In this document: positions 28,843 to 46,235 of the stretch, piece after piece | How the letters are laid out: each line of letters begins with the position of its first letter | Position numbering within the stretch: position 1 is the stretch's first letter | DNA from: the human T2T-CHM13v2.0 reference genome, Homo sapiens | Reading direction: 5' to 3' (one strand) | Assembly (NCBI RefSeq): GCF_009914755.1 | Contig: NC_060929.1 | DNA: 64,000 bases | The notes under the pieces: generated by a model | Seen by the model: the letters and a program-made list of their open reading frames with translations, nothing else | What the model was told of the DNA's origin: nothing | Database searches by the model: none | Program-made: the position numbers and the translations under genes

Positions 28843-29851
28843 GTTTATAATCTCCATGAAAGTCTATCAACTGAATAGTAGATGAAAACATAAGTTTGGA
28901 TCCATAATAATTCCCTGCTGCAGTAAATACAAATGACCAACTGAAATACGAACAAACAACACCTTCTTGTCCAATTTATTTTTTCCTGTATATGTGATGG
29001 CTGCTAAACGTGTTCATTTCCCCAGTAAACTGCTCTTCTTAAAGAGCATATCCCAATAGACTGGGGGAGGGGATAATTTAGAGGACACAAGATGAATGTA
29101 GGTGTATCTGTGTTAAGCTCCATGTGACTACTCCTATTCTGGAAACTGAATTATATTTGCCCAGATTACAAAAGTTGATTATTTGCACACATTTCCGGCA
29201 AAACTTTGGAAATGCCAAATTATACCAGTTAGGACTTTCAGATTATAGGTTGAAAGCATGGTCAAATGTATTTGGTAAACATAACAGCTACTTGTTGTCT
29301 CTGTGGCAGCAAAAGCTCTGGAAAAATCTGCAGCCGGGAAGGTGATGAAAGGTTCTGGGCACTTGGTGCTTTCTAGAATGGAGTTGTGGCTCTGTACAGC
29401 ACTTTAGAAAGCCAGAAGCAGCTGTCAGCTTGGGCAGGCTGGAAAAGTGCATGACATCAGATCAGTCTGAGCTTCTCTCATTATTATGCTTGAAAACTAA
29501 GCTCTGATTTTTTCTTATCTTGCCCAAATTCCTATCTAAGGGGTCTGGGGAGTCATGAACTACAAACCATAAATTCTCATCAGATGGGTTTTATTTAATC
29601 CTATATATTGTGACTTACTTTCCAATCTGACTTTGGAATAATATTATGTGACAAAGAAGAAAATCAAAATATTTTGCCCCAAAACATGTTTCTTTGCCAT
29701 ACTTTGAAATGACCCTGCAAAAAACTGTCCTTTGTGGAGAAAAATTTGCATCTGTAAAGAACCTCTATTAAGATAGATAGATCTTTTTTCTTCCAGGCCC
29801 TCCCAATCCTGAAGAGATTAACTGAGAGTCTAGCACCTTTTAAAGATCTGA

Positions 29852-30599
<748 letters not shown>

Positions 30600-31767
30600 G
30601 ATCCCAGGTCTTTAGACAAATTCAACCAATTGTCAATCAGTCAACCAGAAAATGTTTACATTTACCTATAGCCTGGAAGCCCTGCCTCTCTGGACCAAAC
30701 TAATGTATTTCTTAAATGTATTTGATTGATGTCCCATGCCACCCTAAAATGTATAAACCCAAGCTGCACCCCAGCCACCTTGGGCACATGTTCTCAGGAT
30801 CTCCTAAGGGCTATGTCATGGGCCATAGTCACTCATATTTGGCTCAGAATAAATCTCTTCAATTATTTTACAGCATTTGACTCTTTATCGACATGCTTCA
30901 TCTAGGTGCTAAATCGATTAAATCTAATGAAACTTTTAAAAAACAACCTCTATGTTTTAACAGGAGTTATAAAAATTATCCATAGCAAAAAGAGTTATTC
31001 ATGTAAAATTTTGGGGACCTTTGCATGTTTACTAGAAGATTGAGAAAGTGACTCTGCTTTTGCAAGCTATTTAATTCTTTTTCTATTTATTTTATTCTTC
31101 ACTTTATTATTACAAAGAAGAGGCACTATGCCAGAAGTTAGCTAATGTGAGCAATATTAGGCATAGTTTGTATATGGGAAATATAGGTAATTAAATGAAA
31201 ACATTACTTTTATAAACACTCAGTAACAAATGAACCCCATGGGAACCTTCTGTTTTGTTTGTTCCCTTCTAAATTCACCTTTTGCTTTCCTGCCACTTTT
31301 CCATTTGTCCCAGCTTGTACTTTCTCCCTGTCTCTACCTGTTAATATTACATGATATTATTACAGCACAAAACACAATCCTTTATGAGGCAAGATATGAT
31401 CTCCACCTTTGACCTTCATACAACTTAATTTCTGTGCCAGGCACTTGACACTTATCCTGAGAAATGGCTTGCATTAGAGTTAACACAACAAAGGTCCTGA
31501 TTTGACTGGGGCAGTCCAGATTTACCTCAGTTCCTGGCATCCCTTCTTATTTACCACTTGCCCTCATTTTTTTTTTTTTTAACAAAGACTTACTAATAAT
31601 GTCATTGAAATGAGCCAGGATGGGTTTCATAGATCTCCACTTTGCACTTCCACTTTATGCCACAATGTCATCTAGCAGTTTGGGGGATTCACACACTTAA
31701 CAGAGTTCTCGTTTGAACATGTAGTTAATTATAAAGATGACTAGTGGTAGTCTCTCTCTTTCCCCAA

Positions 31768-33960
<2,193 letters not shown>

Positions 33961-34319
33961 TTTCCCCGACATTTTTAAGATGTAGTGTCAACTAACATTT
34001 TCCTTTCAACGACAGCTGGCAGGACACTCACTGATAAAAGGAAGTGCTTGAGATACAGGCAATGGAGGACAGCCTGCTCCTGCCAGCCTCAGATGGTGGT
34101 GGGAGGGATTGACACTGTCTCTCCAGCTGGATACTGGGGTGCTCCAGCTGAACAGTCCTGACATCCATTGTGCACAGAGATAAGGTTGTTGAAATGCTCT
34201 TATGCAGCGGTTCTCTCCTTTATCATATGGTGCACACAAATATTGATTTATTTTATTGTTTGGTAACACTTTTTTATTTCACAAAAAACCCTATCATCAG
34301 CTCATCAGCATGAGCTTTA

Positions 34320-36640
34320 TTATTATTATTAAGATAAAACCCACAAATAAAGAAACCCCACTATTTTAACCAGTTTGAAATGTAAAACTCAGTAGTTTTT
34401 TAGTATATCTGCAATTTTATGTAACCACCACCACTGTCTAATTTCACATTTCCATCATGCCAAAAAAAAAAAAAAAAAAAAGCCTTGTACTTGTTAACAG
34501 TCACTCCCCACCTCCCTCTCCACCTGTTCTCTAACAATCACCAGTCTATTTTCTGTCTTCAGGGACTTGCCTATTCTGGATATTCCATAGAAATAGAATA
34601 ACAGAATATGTCGCCTTTTGTGTCTGGCTTCTTTCACTTAGCACAATGTTTTCCAGGTTCGTCCATGTTGTAGCATATACCAGTACTTCATCCCTTATTA
34701 TGGTTGAATAATATTCCCCCGTATGGATAAATCACATTTTATTTATCCATTCATCAGTGAGTGAATATTTATGTTATTTCCACTTTTTTACTATTATGGA
34801 TAATGCATCTATGAACATTTGTGTATACAACATGTTTTCCATTCTCTTGAGTAGATATCTAGGAATGGAATTATTGAATCATAGGGTAACTATGTCTAAC
34901 TTTCTGAGAAACTGCAGAAGTGTTTTCCAAAGTGGCTATACCATTTTACATTCCTACCAGGAATGGAATGTATGAGGGTTCCAATGTCTGCACATCCATG
35001 CCAACACTTGTTAATGTCTGCCTATTTGATTATAGCCATCCTAGTGGGTGTGAAGTGATATCTCATTTGGCTTTGATTTAAATTTACTTAATGACTAATG
35101 ATGCTAAAAGTCTTTTCATGTGCATGTTGGATATTTGTATATCTTCTTTGGAGAAATGTGCATCCAAATCCCTTGCCCATTTTTTAACTTAGGTGGCTTG
35201 TCTTTTTATTATTGAATTGTAAGACTTCATTATATGTTTGGATCTTAGACCCTTATCAGATATACGATTTGCGAATACTTTCTCCCACCAGTGGGCTGTC
35301 TGTTCATTCTCTTGATAGTTTTTTTTGAAGTACAAATGCTCTTAATTTTGATGAAGTCCAATTTACCTATTTTCTCTTTTGTTGCTTGTGATTTTGGTGT
35401 CATATTTCAGAAACTATTGCCTAATTCAAGGTCATTAAGACTTATACCCATGTTTTCTTCTAAGGGTCTTATAGTTTTATCTTTTACATTTAGTTGGTTT
35501 TTTTTTTTTTTGTCCATTTTCAGTTAATGTTTCTATATGGTATCAGGTAAGTGTCCAAATGTATTCTCTTCTTATGGATATTCAGTTGTTCCAGCATCAT
35601 TTGTTGAAAAGACTATTCTTCCTCCAGTGAATGGTCTTGGCATCCATAGTTACAGGATATTGCTGGACTCTCAATTCTATTCCATTGATCTATATATCTG
35701 TCTATCTTGATGCCAGTAGTACACTCTTTTGAATACTGTAACTTTGTAGTAAGTTTTGAAATCAGGAAGTATGAATCCTCTGATTTTGCTCTTCTTTTTC
35801 ATAATCATTTTTGGGTATTCAAGGTCCCTACTTTGCCTTAGCTTAATGTTCAGTTAGTGATTAAATAAAGATTGCTTTCAATGCCTGGAACCAAAAAAAA
35901 AATTCCCAGTCTCTCCAGAGGGGCTCTGTTTGTGTGTCAGGTTTGCCTTCAACATAGCCAGGATGTTTACTCCCCTGCTTTAGTCTGTACTTCCCACTTC
36001 TACAGAGGTCTTTCCTGAGCACGGACATAGCTCTGGGCATACATGTAACCTGCTAGATTCCTAGGACTATGTCAGAGCTTTTCAAAGACCTTATTCCCTA
36101 AAGCATCTCACTCCCAACACTTTTCTCTCAAATATTTTGGTTCATCTATTATTTGCCCCAGCTGTTATTAATATGTATTGCATCAGCAGGGACTGAAACA
36201 TTTGCCCATAAAAGTTTTTGATAAAAGTTTTCTGCTCCTGTATCAGCTTTATCACAAGGGGAGAGTATCAGTCAGATGAGATCAAGGTAAGCCATTTGAG
36301 CAGGTCTTCCAGGGAGTCAACAAACAGATCAACTAAGGACAATTTACAGATGATTTGTTTTCTGCACTCTCCTCTCCTGGTAAGGTACAGGGAATGTAAG
36401 CTATTACTATTAAGGCTACCATTGAGATGGGGAATGGAGGATTGGACTAGCGTAGGTTAAGATGCCACAAAGCTCATTGTTATTACTGAGATCCAGCTCA
36501 TTTTTCTTGAATAAGTGCTCTCTGCGTTGCTGCAAGCTTTTAGTTAGTTTTCAAAGTTGCAAAAAATTTGTGATCATTTTTGCCAGTTTTTTTCATTGCT
36601 TTTATGGAGGAATGGGCTTTGGGAGTTCCTTATCCATCAT
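34320..36640 (-). mobile_element. Old L1M fragment(s)
   Basis: ttgcctattctggatattcc..gtctggcttctttcacttagc..ttctttggagaaatgt, antisense L1M 3' and ORF2 sequence; 35830-36640 less certain. Confidence 0.8.
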
Positions 36641-37985
36641 CAATTTTCTCTCAGCAACGAGCTTTTTAAGAACACGTTTAATAAAAAAATTAAGAACTGA
36701 ATTTTAGTTTCTCAAGAAAATCAATGGTAGATGTATAATCCTGGCAAAAAACAATTCATTTTTACCATTCACCAAAGAGGTAGTGATGATTTTCCTGACC
36801 ACTTGAATGCAGGAGATACAAATTTGCTGAAGAATTATCAAGATCTACTTTAAAAGTAGTTATTCTATGAAGACTGTATCTGAGACAATTTCACATGTGT
36901 AGCTGCAGAAGTTTATTTACATATTACAATCTGAAATATGACTTTTTAAAATAAAATGATTGCTCTTCTAAATAGACTTCTCTCATTTTGACTCCTAAGA
37001 TCTCTTGTGTATGTACAAAACATGGAATGATAACTGTCAACGTGTTGGGTCCATTAGCAAAAGAGGAAACTTACAAACAGATAACTGAGGCCTGTTTTAT
37101 ATTTGTGATACCAGATGCTTCAGCGAGAAAAATCAGTCAAATTGATACAAATGGTGGTTCATTTTTTTCATCAAATTCATGGACTCAAAGTATATCTTTT
37201 GAAAGTTCATTGCATTGAATTTGAAGTATTTGACATCAATGTAGATTTTATTGTAAATACAGTTCAAAAGTTTGAAAATAAAATAATTTGTTTTTATAGT
37301 GTTAATATAAATACAAATTTTGGTAGAACACAGCATTACAGCAATAGCAATGTTCTTACTAAATTAGGAAACAGAGCAGAAATGTATTTGAAATTGGTTG
37401 TGTGCAAACACAATTGATAATTGTGTGTTCAAACAAGCTGCAGTATTCTACCAATCAAAATAGAAGTTTTAGTTATCAGGATTTACAAATATTTTTATAC
37501 ATGCGCAGAATAACAGAACTATGAAATTTTCTGACAAAGATGATGCTGAATACAGAAAAATAGTTCAATCTGGCCGTAAAATATTTTCTCTCTTCATTGT
37601 CCTTCATCAGTTGGAATTTAGAAAATGCTGTGCCTTTGGAGAAGTACTTTGTAAATGTGCCTAAGCAACCTAACATGGTAGTATGTTATTTTGTAAATAA
37701 GTCCTTCAAATTTTGACTGCATTTTGTTCAAAAGCTAGCATTTACTAATACACAGAAGCAACATCCTTGACAAATTTTATCCTACAAAATTAATTGCCAA
37801 AGAAAATTAGTCTGAATAGAGACAGAAAGGCAGTGCTTATGAAAATGTTGAACTCAAATATTTATACATTTTAATTTTTAAAGGTAGAATTGATGCTATC
37901 CTCCATTTAGTAGAATTTACTTTGAGCTTCCTGCATACTTCAGCTCCTGTAAGAGTGTATTTTCTAATCTAAAATATTATAGCCA

Positions 37986-38296
37986 GGCCAGGTGTGGTGG
38001 CTCATGCCTATAATCCCAGCACTTTGGGAGACCAAGCCGGGTGGATTGCTTGAGCCCAGGAGTTCAAGACCAGTCTGGGCAACATGGCAAAACCCTGTCT
38101 TTACTAAAAATACAAAAATTAGCTGGGCATGGTGGCATATGCCTGTAGTCCCAGCTACTTGGGAGGCTGAGGCGGGAGGATCACTTAAGACTGGGAGGTT
38201 GAGGCTACAGTGAGTTTTGATCGTGCTACTGCACTCCAGACTCCAGCCTGGGTGACAGAGAGTGATCCTGTCTAAAAAAAAGAAAAAGAAAAAAAA
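37986..38296 (+). mobile_element. AluJ-like
   Basis: Full Alu with ttgcttgagcccaggag. Confidence 0.92.
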
Positions 38297-40182
38297 TATA
38301 TATAGTCTACCAAGAGAATTCAGTTTAAGATATCAACAATATCAAATTTAGTAATTATAAATGCAACTTTGAAAATATGAGAATAAGTTTTATGAAAAAT
38401 AAGGAAAAATTATACAAAATATACTTAAAAAAGTATATGGGTCAGAAAAATAACAATCATATACCATTAGAAAACAGATATAAATTTGAAAATTAATTAA
38501 AATACATGAATATGTTCCAGGAATCATTATTCTGTTGTTTAATGTTCAAATAATCAATATAAGAAATTTTTGAAAATTTCACTTTAATATACATGGACAT
38601 GTAATTTTGTTTGTGAATATGTTCATTTAAATTTTCTAGAAAGCTTTTATATTTGAAAATAGTTTGAACAAAACAGTTTTGTTGATCCAGTTATATCATG
38701 ATACCAATTTGTTAGTTAATAAGAAAAAGTCTGTAAACATTATGTAACTAGTTATTCTTAGTGCCTTTTTACTCTCAATGATATCCTGGTTTGGATGATA
38801 AATTACATTACCCTAGTTGTAATTATTTGTCATGTACTCAGAATGCCTGGACTTCTGGGTAATAACAATAAATTGATATTAAGTTCTCTCTCCTATAAAG
38901 CCCACCAAAATGACTTAAGAGAATAAAATGCTTTAAGTCCATAAAGCCAAAGAGTAGAGGCATGGAAACAAAGAATGCAAAATGGCAAAAATTGCTATAA
39001 GATTTAAGGCAGATGGGTGGGGGTAACTTATTAAACAGAGCCAAGAGGCTTCAACCCACCTTTGTGCCTACAGAGGGGCAAGCCCATCACTCCGAAAACC
39101 CCAACAGCTTCAGGCCATGTAGAAAAGCACGGGTGAGGCATGAGGGTGAAAACCAGGGGTGTTACTGAGAGAGCCTGGGTAATGTAATGATTACCAGCCT
39201 TTCTCAACTGGGGATTCTACAGAGGATTAAACCCTGCAGAAAATGGTTTGAACTACTAATCTCTCATTTCTCCCAAGGACGGCACAAACTTACTGCCTGT
39301 CTCCATGCATGGGAGGGAAGTTTATTCATTCCCTATAATGGATGCCTTAGCACATCAGAGCTGAAGCCTCTTGCAGCACCCCAGCTTCGAAGGACCAGCT
39401 TCTTAGAAGGGCCGCCTGCCACTCTGAGTAGATACTGTTGAAAACACTGAATTCTGAAGCCCTTGGGTCCCTTCCTCCACCTTGCTTCTTGAATGCCAGC
39501 AACAGGATTTATACTCTGCTGAGGCAGATTAAAAGATTCTTCCCTGGGGAGATTGAAGAACTACAGAGAAAAGACCTACAAATACTGATAGTGAAACCCT
39601 CCAGTTGACAAGCCCTGCCCAGACCCCAAGTTTTCAATCAACATTTTAGAGTCTCCCTCTTACATATGAGTGTCAATAGATTGCCAGAGGTTTGAAGGAG
39701 CCATGGGTGTGAAAGACAAAGGCCAATATCAGCAAATAGAAGAAAATAAATTCCGAGGCAGCAGAGACAATGAGAAATTGCAAGCTTTAAAGTAACTGCT
39801 AACTAAAAGCCTCAGAGATACATTGCATCCATGAAACAAAAAGAGTCAGAAATGTGTTGGATATAAACGTTTCTGAAGAACATTTTGAACGTAAAGTTGA
39901 GGAAATCTGCTAGAAAACAATAGAAAAAAAGGAAAATAGGAGAAAAAAAAGAAGAAAATTAGAGAATGGATTGAGGATCTAAAAAGAATTTTAGAGCTAA
40001 AACATAAAACGGAGAGGAAATCATTCAGGAAAGTATATAAGGTTCCCTAGACTGAAGGACTCACATCTCTAGACATAGAAGGTTCTATCAAGTTCCCTGC
40101 ACAAATAATAATTTCAGAAAGATCCATATTAATGCGTGTTAAAGAGGGAATAAAGCAGGTCACATGCAAAGGACGAGGAATC

Positions 40183-40479
40183 AGCCAGGCATATGGCTAA
40201 TACCTGTACTCCCAGCACTTTGGGAGGCCATGGTGGAAGGATTGCTTGAGCCCAGGAGTTTGAGACCACTCTGTGCAACATGGCAAGACCCCATCTCTAT
40301 AAAAAATTTAAAAATTAGTTGGGCATGGTAACATGTGCCTGTGGTACCAGCTACTTGAGAGGCTAGGTGGGAGGATCACTCGAGCCTGAGAGGTTTAAGT
40401 TGCAGTGAGCTATGATTGCCACACTGCCCTCCAGCCTGGGCAACAGAGTGAGAGGCTATCTCAAAAAAAAAAAAAAAAA
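40183..40479 (+). mobile_element. AluJ-like
   Basis: Full Alu with poly(A). Confidence 0.92.
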
Positions 40480-40905
40480 GGGAATATAAGTGACAACAGG
40501 TATCTCATTGGCACCACAGAAAGCTTGACGGCAAAGGAGCAAGGCCTTCAAAGTCTGAGAAAAAGAGTCTATGTTTAGTTTCTATAGCGGAGCCAAACAT
40601 ACTGTTACTCTAACCTCCTTGGCTATTGTTTAAGCTACTATTAACCTCTTGCTTATCATGTTGCTTATTTACTTCTCAGGGCTAGCAGGTATCTGGAGTT
40701 TCCCTTGAAAGAACCCAAGATTTTCCCTTATTTCCATGCTTGGGTGGCCTGCAGGCCCCTAAGAGGCATCCCTACTCCCAACCTAAAATTCTTAACCCAG
40801 ATAAATTATCAATCAAATATGAGGGAAGAATAAAAACATTTTCAGACACTTACCTTCCATGCATCCTTAAAGAGTAACTAGAAGATGTTATTTAGCAAAA
40901 CAAAA

Positions 40906-41720
40906 TGAGATGAAATAGTTCCCTTGACCCCTTTGCAGGACTCATGAAGGGATGGCTCACTTACTCAGCGCACAGTGCTCAAGCCCCTTGCAGGAAGGGG
41001 AGCACGCAGGTAAGCAGGTGCAGGGGCTGGGGTGAGTGCCTTTGGGAACTAGCAGGGACAAACCCTGTACTGGCCTGTGGCAGTGTCTAGGTGTTGCCTG
41101 TGACCTCTAAAGCCCCAGAGGGGCATGTGTTACAGTGTGCTATTTTAGCTTTCCTGTCCAAGGATGGCTGACATGTTAAACAGCTCAGTGGAGAGTCAGT
41201 GTGACAGCCTCTCGCACCTGCACTTGGGTCCTTATCCAGTGCCCAAGAAGAAGGAGATCACATGGACTTGAAGGATGATGAATGTGGAGATTTTATTGAG
41301 CACGGGAAGTGGCTTTCAGTGGATGGGGAGCTGGAAAGGGGATGGAGTGGGAAGGTGGTCTTCTCCTGACTGTAGTCTTTGACCATACTACTTCCCCAAT
41401 CATAGTTTCTGATGTCCAGCTGCTTCTTCTCCTCTCAACGGTCAGACACTTTTCTCTTCTGTGTGTATGTCCTTCTCTGCCATGCTGCTCTGCTCCTCTG
41501 CCAGTGGAGCTTAGGGTTTTTATGGGCACAGCTTAGTGTTTTATGGGCACAGCTTAGGGTTTTTATGGGCAGGCCAAAAGGCAACATCTGGATGGGAAAA
41601 CAGAAATGTGAAGTTCTCATTTAGGGCCATGAGTTCAGGCTTGAGGGCAGAGACCTTGCCAGGGACCCTGCCGTCTTCTACTTCTTCTACTCAGTATTTC
41701 CCTGCCTCCTGTCTGTATCA
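40906..41720 (-). mobile_element. MER50-type solo LTR (ERV1)
   Basis: Minus strand begins TGATACAGACAGGAGGCAGGGAAATACT and ends ..AAGGGAACTATTTCATCTCA; contains a three-copy ~21-bp repeat at 41509-41571. Confidence 0.8.
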
Positions 41721-42944
41721 AAGGGACTAAATCAAGAAAAGAGGATTCAAGAGATCCAGAAATGAAAATCCAAAAGCAGTGAAGAGAAGTCCCAGGATAC
41801 TTGTGTGCAGCAGCCTGGGTGTCAATCAGCTCCCAATGGGACAGAAGGACCAGGGATGCCAGGAGGGAGGTCTCCAGGAATGAATTGCGACCAATAGATG
41901 TTGTAATAAGTCTGACTAATGAAAAATAGTGTCAAGAGCAGTTTTATAGAGATGTTGGAACTGTAGGAAGAATCAGCAAAAGGCACACTGAAAATTAAGC
42001 AAATGGAAAAACAATAAGATCAAATAAAGAAAATCATAAACATTACTTGGCTTAGCAATACACAACATTCATTCAACCATAATTGTATACACCTTAGTGT
42101 TAAGTAAACAAAAAATTGTGATTTAATCACTTTGGGAGATTGACAATAGAGGAAAGGAGCCAACGTCGTAAATGAATCTGTTTGTAAAAAACACTTTCAA
42201 CCAAACTTTACCAGGCTCCTGTTGTGTGTCCAGCTTTGTGCTAGGCTGAGAGAGCAAGGTAATGAAGATGTGTCTGTAAGGATTGCACAGTCTGATGGGA
42301 GAGATTGCAAATTAATTTGTGTTAATAAGCTGTTTCCAGCAAATTCTCTGAGGCCTTGGTTACAGGTCTGCCCGTTCCTTTCTGAAAGCTCCAATCCTTT
42401 AAATGGATGGCAATTTACACTTGAAAAAGGATTCTTAAGTTAGCAGTATTTTCACTGCAGGGACCTTTTCATTGTGAGCTTTTGGTACATTTAGTATTTA
42501 TTTACACACAATTAAGTGTTGTATAAAGTTAGAGACAGGCTGCAATCCTAAATTTCCCTTCCCAACCAGGTAGAGTGTTATATCCTTGGATCTTAAATAT
42601 ACTCAAGGAATTGCATAACTTTCTGCTCACTACTCTATATTTATCTCTTGGCAGGGGACTAAGCTCCACTAGGCTTGCCCATTTCCTTGGGCCTCTATGA
42701 GTACTATAGTTCCCCTAGGATTCATTATATTTATGGAACACTTATATGATTCACTTGATTCAGAAACAGGATGATCGTCCTGCTTCAACATACCATTGGG
42801 AGGAGGTCTGGCAAGGTCTGAAGGTGAACAACCTCTTTGACAAGAAAGGAGGGCATTTCCTGATAGGAAAATGTGATTTTAAAAAAATTAAGCCATTGGA
42901 CCTCTCCATTAGAAAATGAAATCTTGAATCTTTGAAATTTCTAT

Positions 42945-43180
42945 CCAATAGTATGTTCTGTGATATGGGAATGTTCTGTGCTGTCTAATACCTTAGCCCC
43001 TGTGGAATTGGATTTGTGTGACTATATAGCACATTGGACTATGATGCTATTTAGTTTTTAAAATGTGGTTGGTGAGAACAAGAAACAGAAGTTTTAATTT
43101 CATTTAACTTTAATTCATTTAAGTTTATAATTAAATGGCCACATGTGGTTAGTAGCTACCATGTGGTACAATGCAAGTCT
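42945..43180. mobile_element. MER3/MER33-like hAT-Charlie MITE
   Basis: tccaatag..ttctgtgat..ggaatgttct...aaatggccacatgtggttagtagctaccat. Confidence 0.7.
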
Positions 43181-43439
43181 AGAGAGAAGCTGTGTTATCT
43201 GGTTCAATAAGTCACTAGATAATTTTTTAGGATTTTCTCAACCTCTTATTTTCTCTTATTTAGGAACTAATAATAAGAACCTAGAACTATAAGGGCCTGA
43301 TTGATTATATTAGAGATAATGTAAAAAGGGAGAAGTAGAGATAGGCTTAGGGAATAAAATAATCCAAGGTGGAGGCTGAGGTAGCAGCTAGACATGAGAA
43401 AGACAAAAGTAGTGTCTTTGAAAGATGAGAGTGATGGGG

Positions 43440-43544
43440 TGGGAGGGAAGGAAAGGGAGGGAGGTTGAGGCGGAGAGAGGAGGGAGAAAGAAAAAAAGGA
43501 AAGAAGAAAAGAAGGAAAGGAAGGAAGGAAGGAAGGAAGGAAGG
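43440..43544. repeat. Purine-rich/(GGAA)n low-complexity tract
   Basis: Read directly. Confidence 0.9.
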
Positions 43545-43545
43545 G

Positions 43546-44275
43546 CCCAGTGGGCTTTCCTTGCCTGCTGCCTAGACAGAGACAATTTATCAAGACAAGG
43601 GAATTGCAGTAGAGAAAGAATTTAATTTATGCAGAGCCGACTGTAGGGGAGACCATGGTTTTGTTATTACCCACTCAAATCAGTCTCTCCAAGAATTTAG
43701 GGATCAGGGTTTTTAAGGACAATTTGGTGAGTAGGGGCCAGTGAGTCAGGAGTGCTGATTGGTTGAGTTGGAGATGAAGTCACAGGGAGTTGAAGCTGTC
43801 TCCTTGCACTGAGTCAGTTCCTGAGTGAGGGCCCACAAGACCAGATGAGCCAGTTTATCGATGGTGTCAGATAAACTGTCAGATGAGCCAGTTTATCGAT
43901 GGGTGGTGTCAACTGATCCACTGGGCCTGCAAAGTATTTAAGCACTCATTTTAGATTTTTCAATAGTGATGTTATCCCCAGGAGCCTCCAGCTACATGAC
44001 TCCTAAAGTATAACTTCTAATCTTGTAGCTAATTTGTTAGACCTACAAAGGCAGTCTAATCCCCAGGCAGGAAGGGCGTTTGTTTTGGGAAAGGGCTGTT
44101 ACCATGTTTGTTTCAAAGTTAAAGTATAAACTAAATTCCTCCCAAAGTTAGTTTGGCCTAGGCACATGAATGAACAAGGACAGCATGGAGGTTAGAAGCA
44201 AGATGGAGTCGGTTAGGTCAGATCTCTTTCACTGTAATAATTTTCTCAGTTATAATTTTTGCAAAGGCAGTTTCA
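43546..44275 (-). mobile_element. LTR8-family LTR
   Basis: Minus strand begins TGAAACTGCCTTTGCAAAAATTATAACTGAG. Confidence 0.85.
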
Positions 44276-44802
44276 GAGTGGAGGAAGGAACCAAGGAAGA
44301 AAGCTTACAAAACACATCATTGATGAATGACTGAGCCTGGGGGCTACAGGCTGATAGGAGAACCCAGCCTACTGACAGATCACACTACAAGCAGTGTGGA
44401 CTCAATTCTTTCATTCATCTTATCACATTAACCACTCATTTATCTAAGTAATGTCTTCCAGTTTAAACATTTACATTGCCATGAATAAATGAAAATGTAT
44501 TTCACCTTGGTTAGCATAATCAAAGCTATAATTTTCTTTAAAATTAATAGATGAAGTCTAATATATACATTTACTAATTAGCAATTTGAACACCATGTGC
44601 ACAATGGTACATGTACACAAACACACACTGATATCTTACCTTACCTCGTTTCTGTAAATTACCTAAATCTTTCCTTAATTTATTGACTGAAGAAATACGA
44701 GCAAAGAGCCCAAGGAATTTCCTGTCATTTCTCTAGAATGCATTATATCTTCCCCTCAGCTTGGCAATAAGGGGCCCTAACCTGAAATGTACAACTTGAA
44801 AA

Positions 44803-44805
<3 letters not shown>

Positions 44806-44846
<41 letters not shown>
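44806..44846. repeat. (CA)n microsatellite, ~20 units
   Basis: Read directly. Confidence 0.97.
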
Positions 44847-44849
<3 letters not shown>

Positions 44850-46216
44850 TGCTGCTTAGTTTTTAAATACGTCTTTGACTAAATGAATAGATGACCAGAA
44901 TCATCTGGGAGCTCACTTTCTATCAGAAGAAATAGCAAGTTTCTTTGGTCCAGATTTGGTCAAATGCCTTTTGTCTTCAGAAAAGTATTAAAATTTATCC
45001 TAAATTATCATAGATCTGTAAATCTAGGCTCCAAAAGAGACTCCCTTTGGAAAGTAAAATGTAATAAAATTTTAAATAATTCAAGTTCGACTCACAACAT
45101 TATTACCAGGGCTCATTGCCTCGGAGAGACCATTACTACATCAAAGGGGACTGTAGGAAGAATTAGTTAAAACTCTGTAGGTTGATGAAAAAGAATTGAT
45201 TCAATGGTGTTTATTTATAATGAACACAAATATCTATAGCAATACTTGAAGTAATATGCTTAATTATATTTAGAACTTTATGCTAGGTTCTGAAACACTT
45301 GTTGACTTCTTTCAAAAGTCAAGACTTGCTCAGCAAGTCTTTATTTAAAGCGCTTAAGAGATTGGCAGGTTAGCAAATTTCAGCAGATTAGTGGGAAAAA
45401 AACAGCACTGTCCAGGAAAAGATAAAACAGACATTTTGGATAAAATATTCTTCAGAGAGGCTGAAATTTTAGCACCTTTTCTTTCTCAGCTTCTTCAGTT
45501 CTTGTACTAGAAAATTATAAGGGTACAGATACATTTACAGTGACATATATTTGTCAGTCAGTGACATTTACTGGGTCTGCCCTCTGCAGAAACGTGAACT
45601 GACACAGTGTGAGGGATTCAAAAGAACTGCAAGACCAGATCTTCCTCTCAAGAAATTGCACCTGAAAATAGATGAAAAACATATTCATAGAATAACACAG
45701 CAAGAGCATATGAATAGAGTAAAATCTCTAGGTACGTAATTAATGAAGGCTCATTGAGTAGAGGAATTGGGTCCAGTTAATCAGGAAAAGTTCTCAAGGA
45801 GAGATTTTAAAGCCCAATTTGAAAGGTGAGAAAGAGCTTAATGGAATGGGGTGAGAGGATACATCCCTCATTGCTTACCTATCCCCGCTTACAGATGAGT
45901 GTAATTTGGGGCTTGTGCAGCCAATGTCACTCTTCATATTGGTTAATGGTGTGACTGAAGCAAGGCAGCGTTACACTGAAAATGCTGCTCAAGTGCCATG
46001 TTACAGGGCAGGCAGGGGACAGGTTGGTATTCTATGATCCTCCTCTCTGAATGGCAACTTCCAAGCTAACCTCAGATCAAATAAATAACAAGAGTACAGA
46101 GGCTTCTTAAAAAGAGGGAACTGAGGTCAGGAAAGCATGTTGTCCATTTTGAAACAAAACAGTTGCTAAGCAGAGCTGACTGGAGGCACTATGAAAGAAG
46201 GAGGGCCCATAGGAGA

Positions 46217-46235
46217 GTGCGCCCCCTGTGGACCA
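46217..46235 (-). promoter_or_regulatory. Possible CTCF motif
   Basis: Minus strand TGGTCCACAGGGGGCGCAC versus consensus TGGCCACCAGGGGGCGCTA. Confidence 0.35.

Larger units (their letters stand above)
38840..42150 (+). mobile_element. Very old L1 (L1ME-like) 5'/ORF1 remnants interrupted by an Alu and MER50
   Basis: A-rich decayed ORF1-like sequence (aaattatcaatcaaatatgaggg..aataaaaacattttcagaca). Confidence 0.55.
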
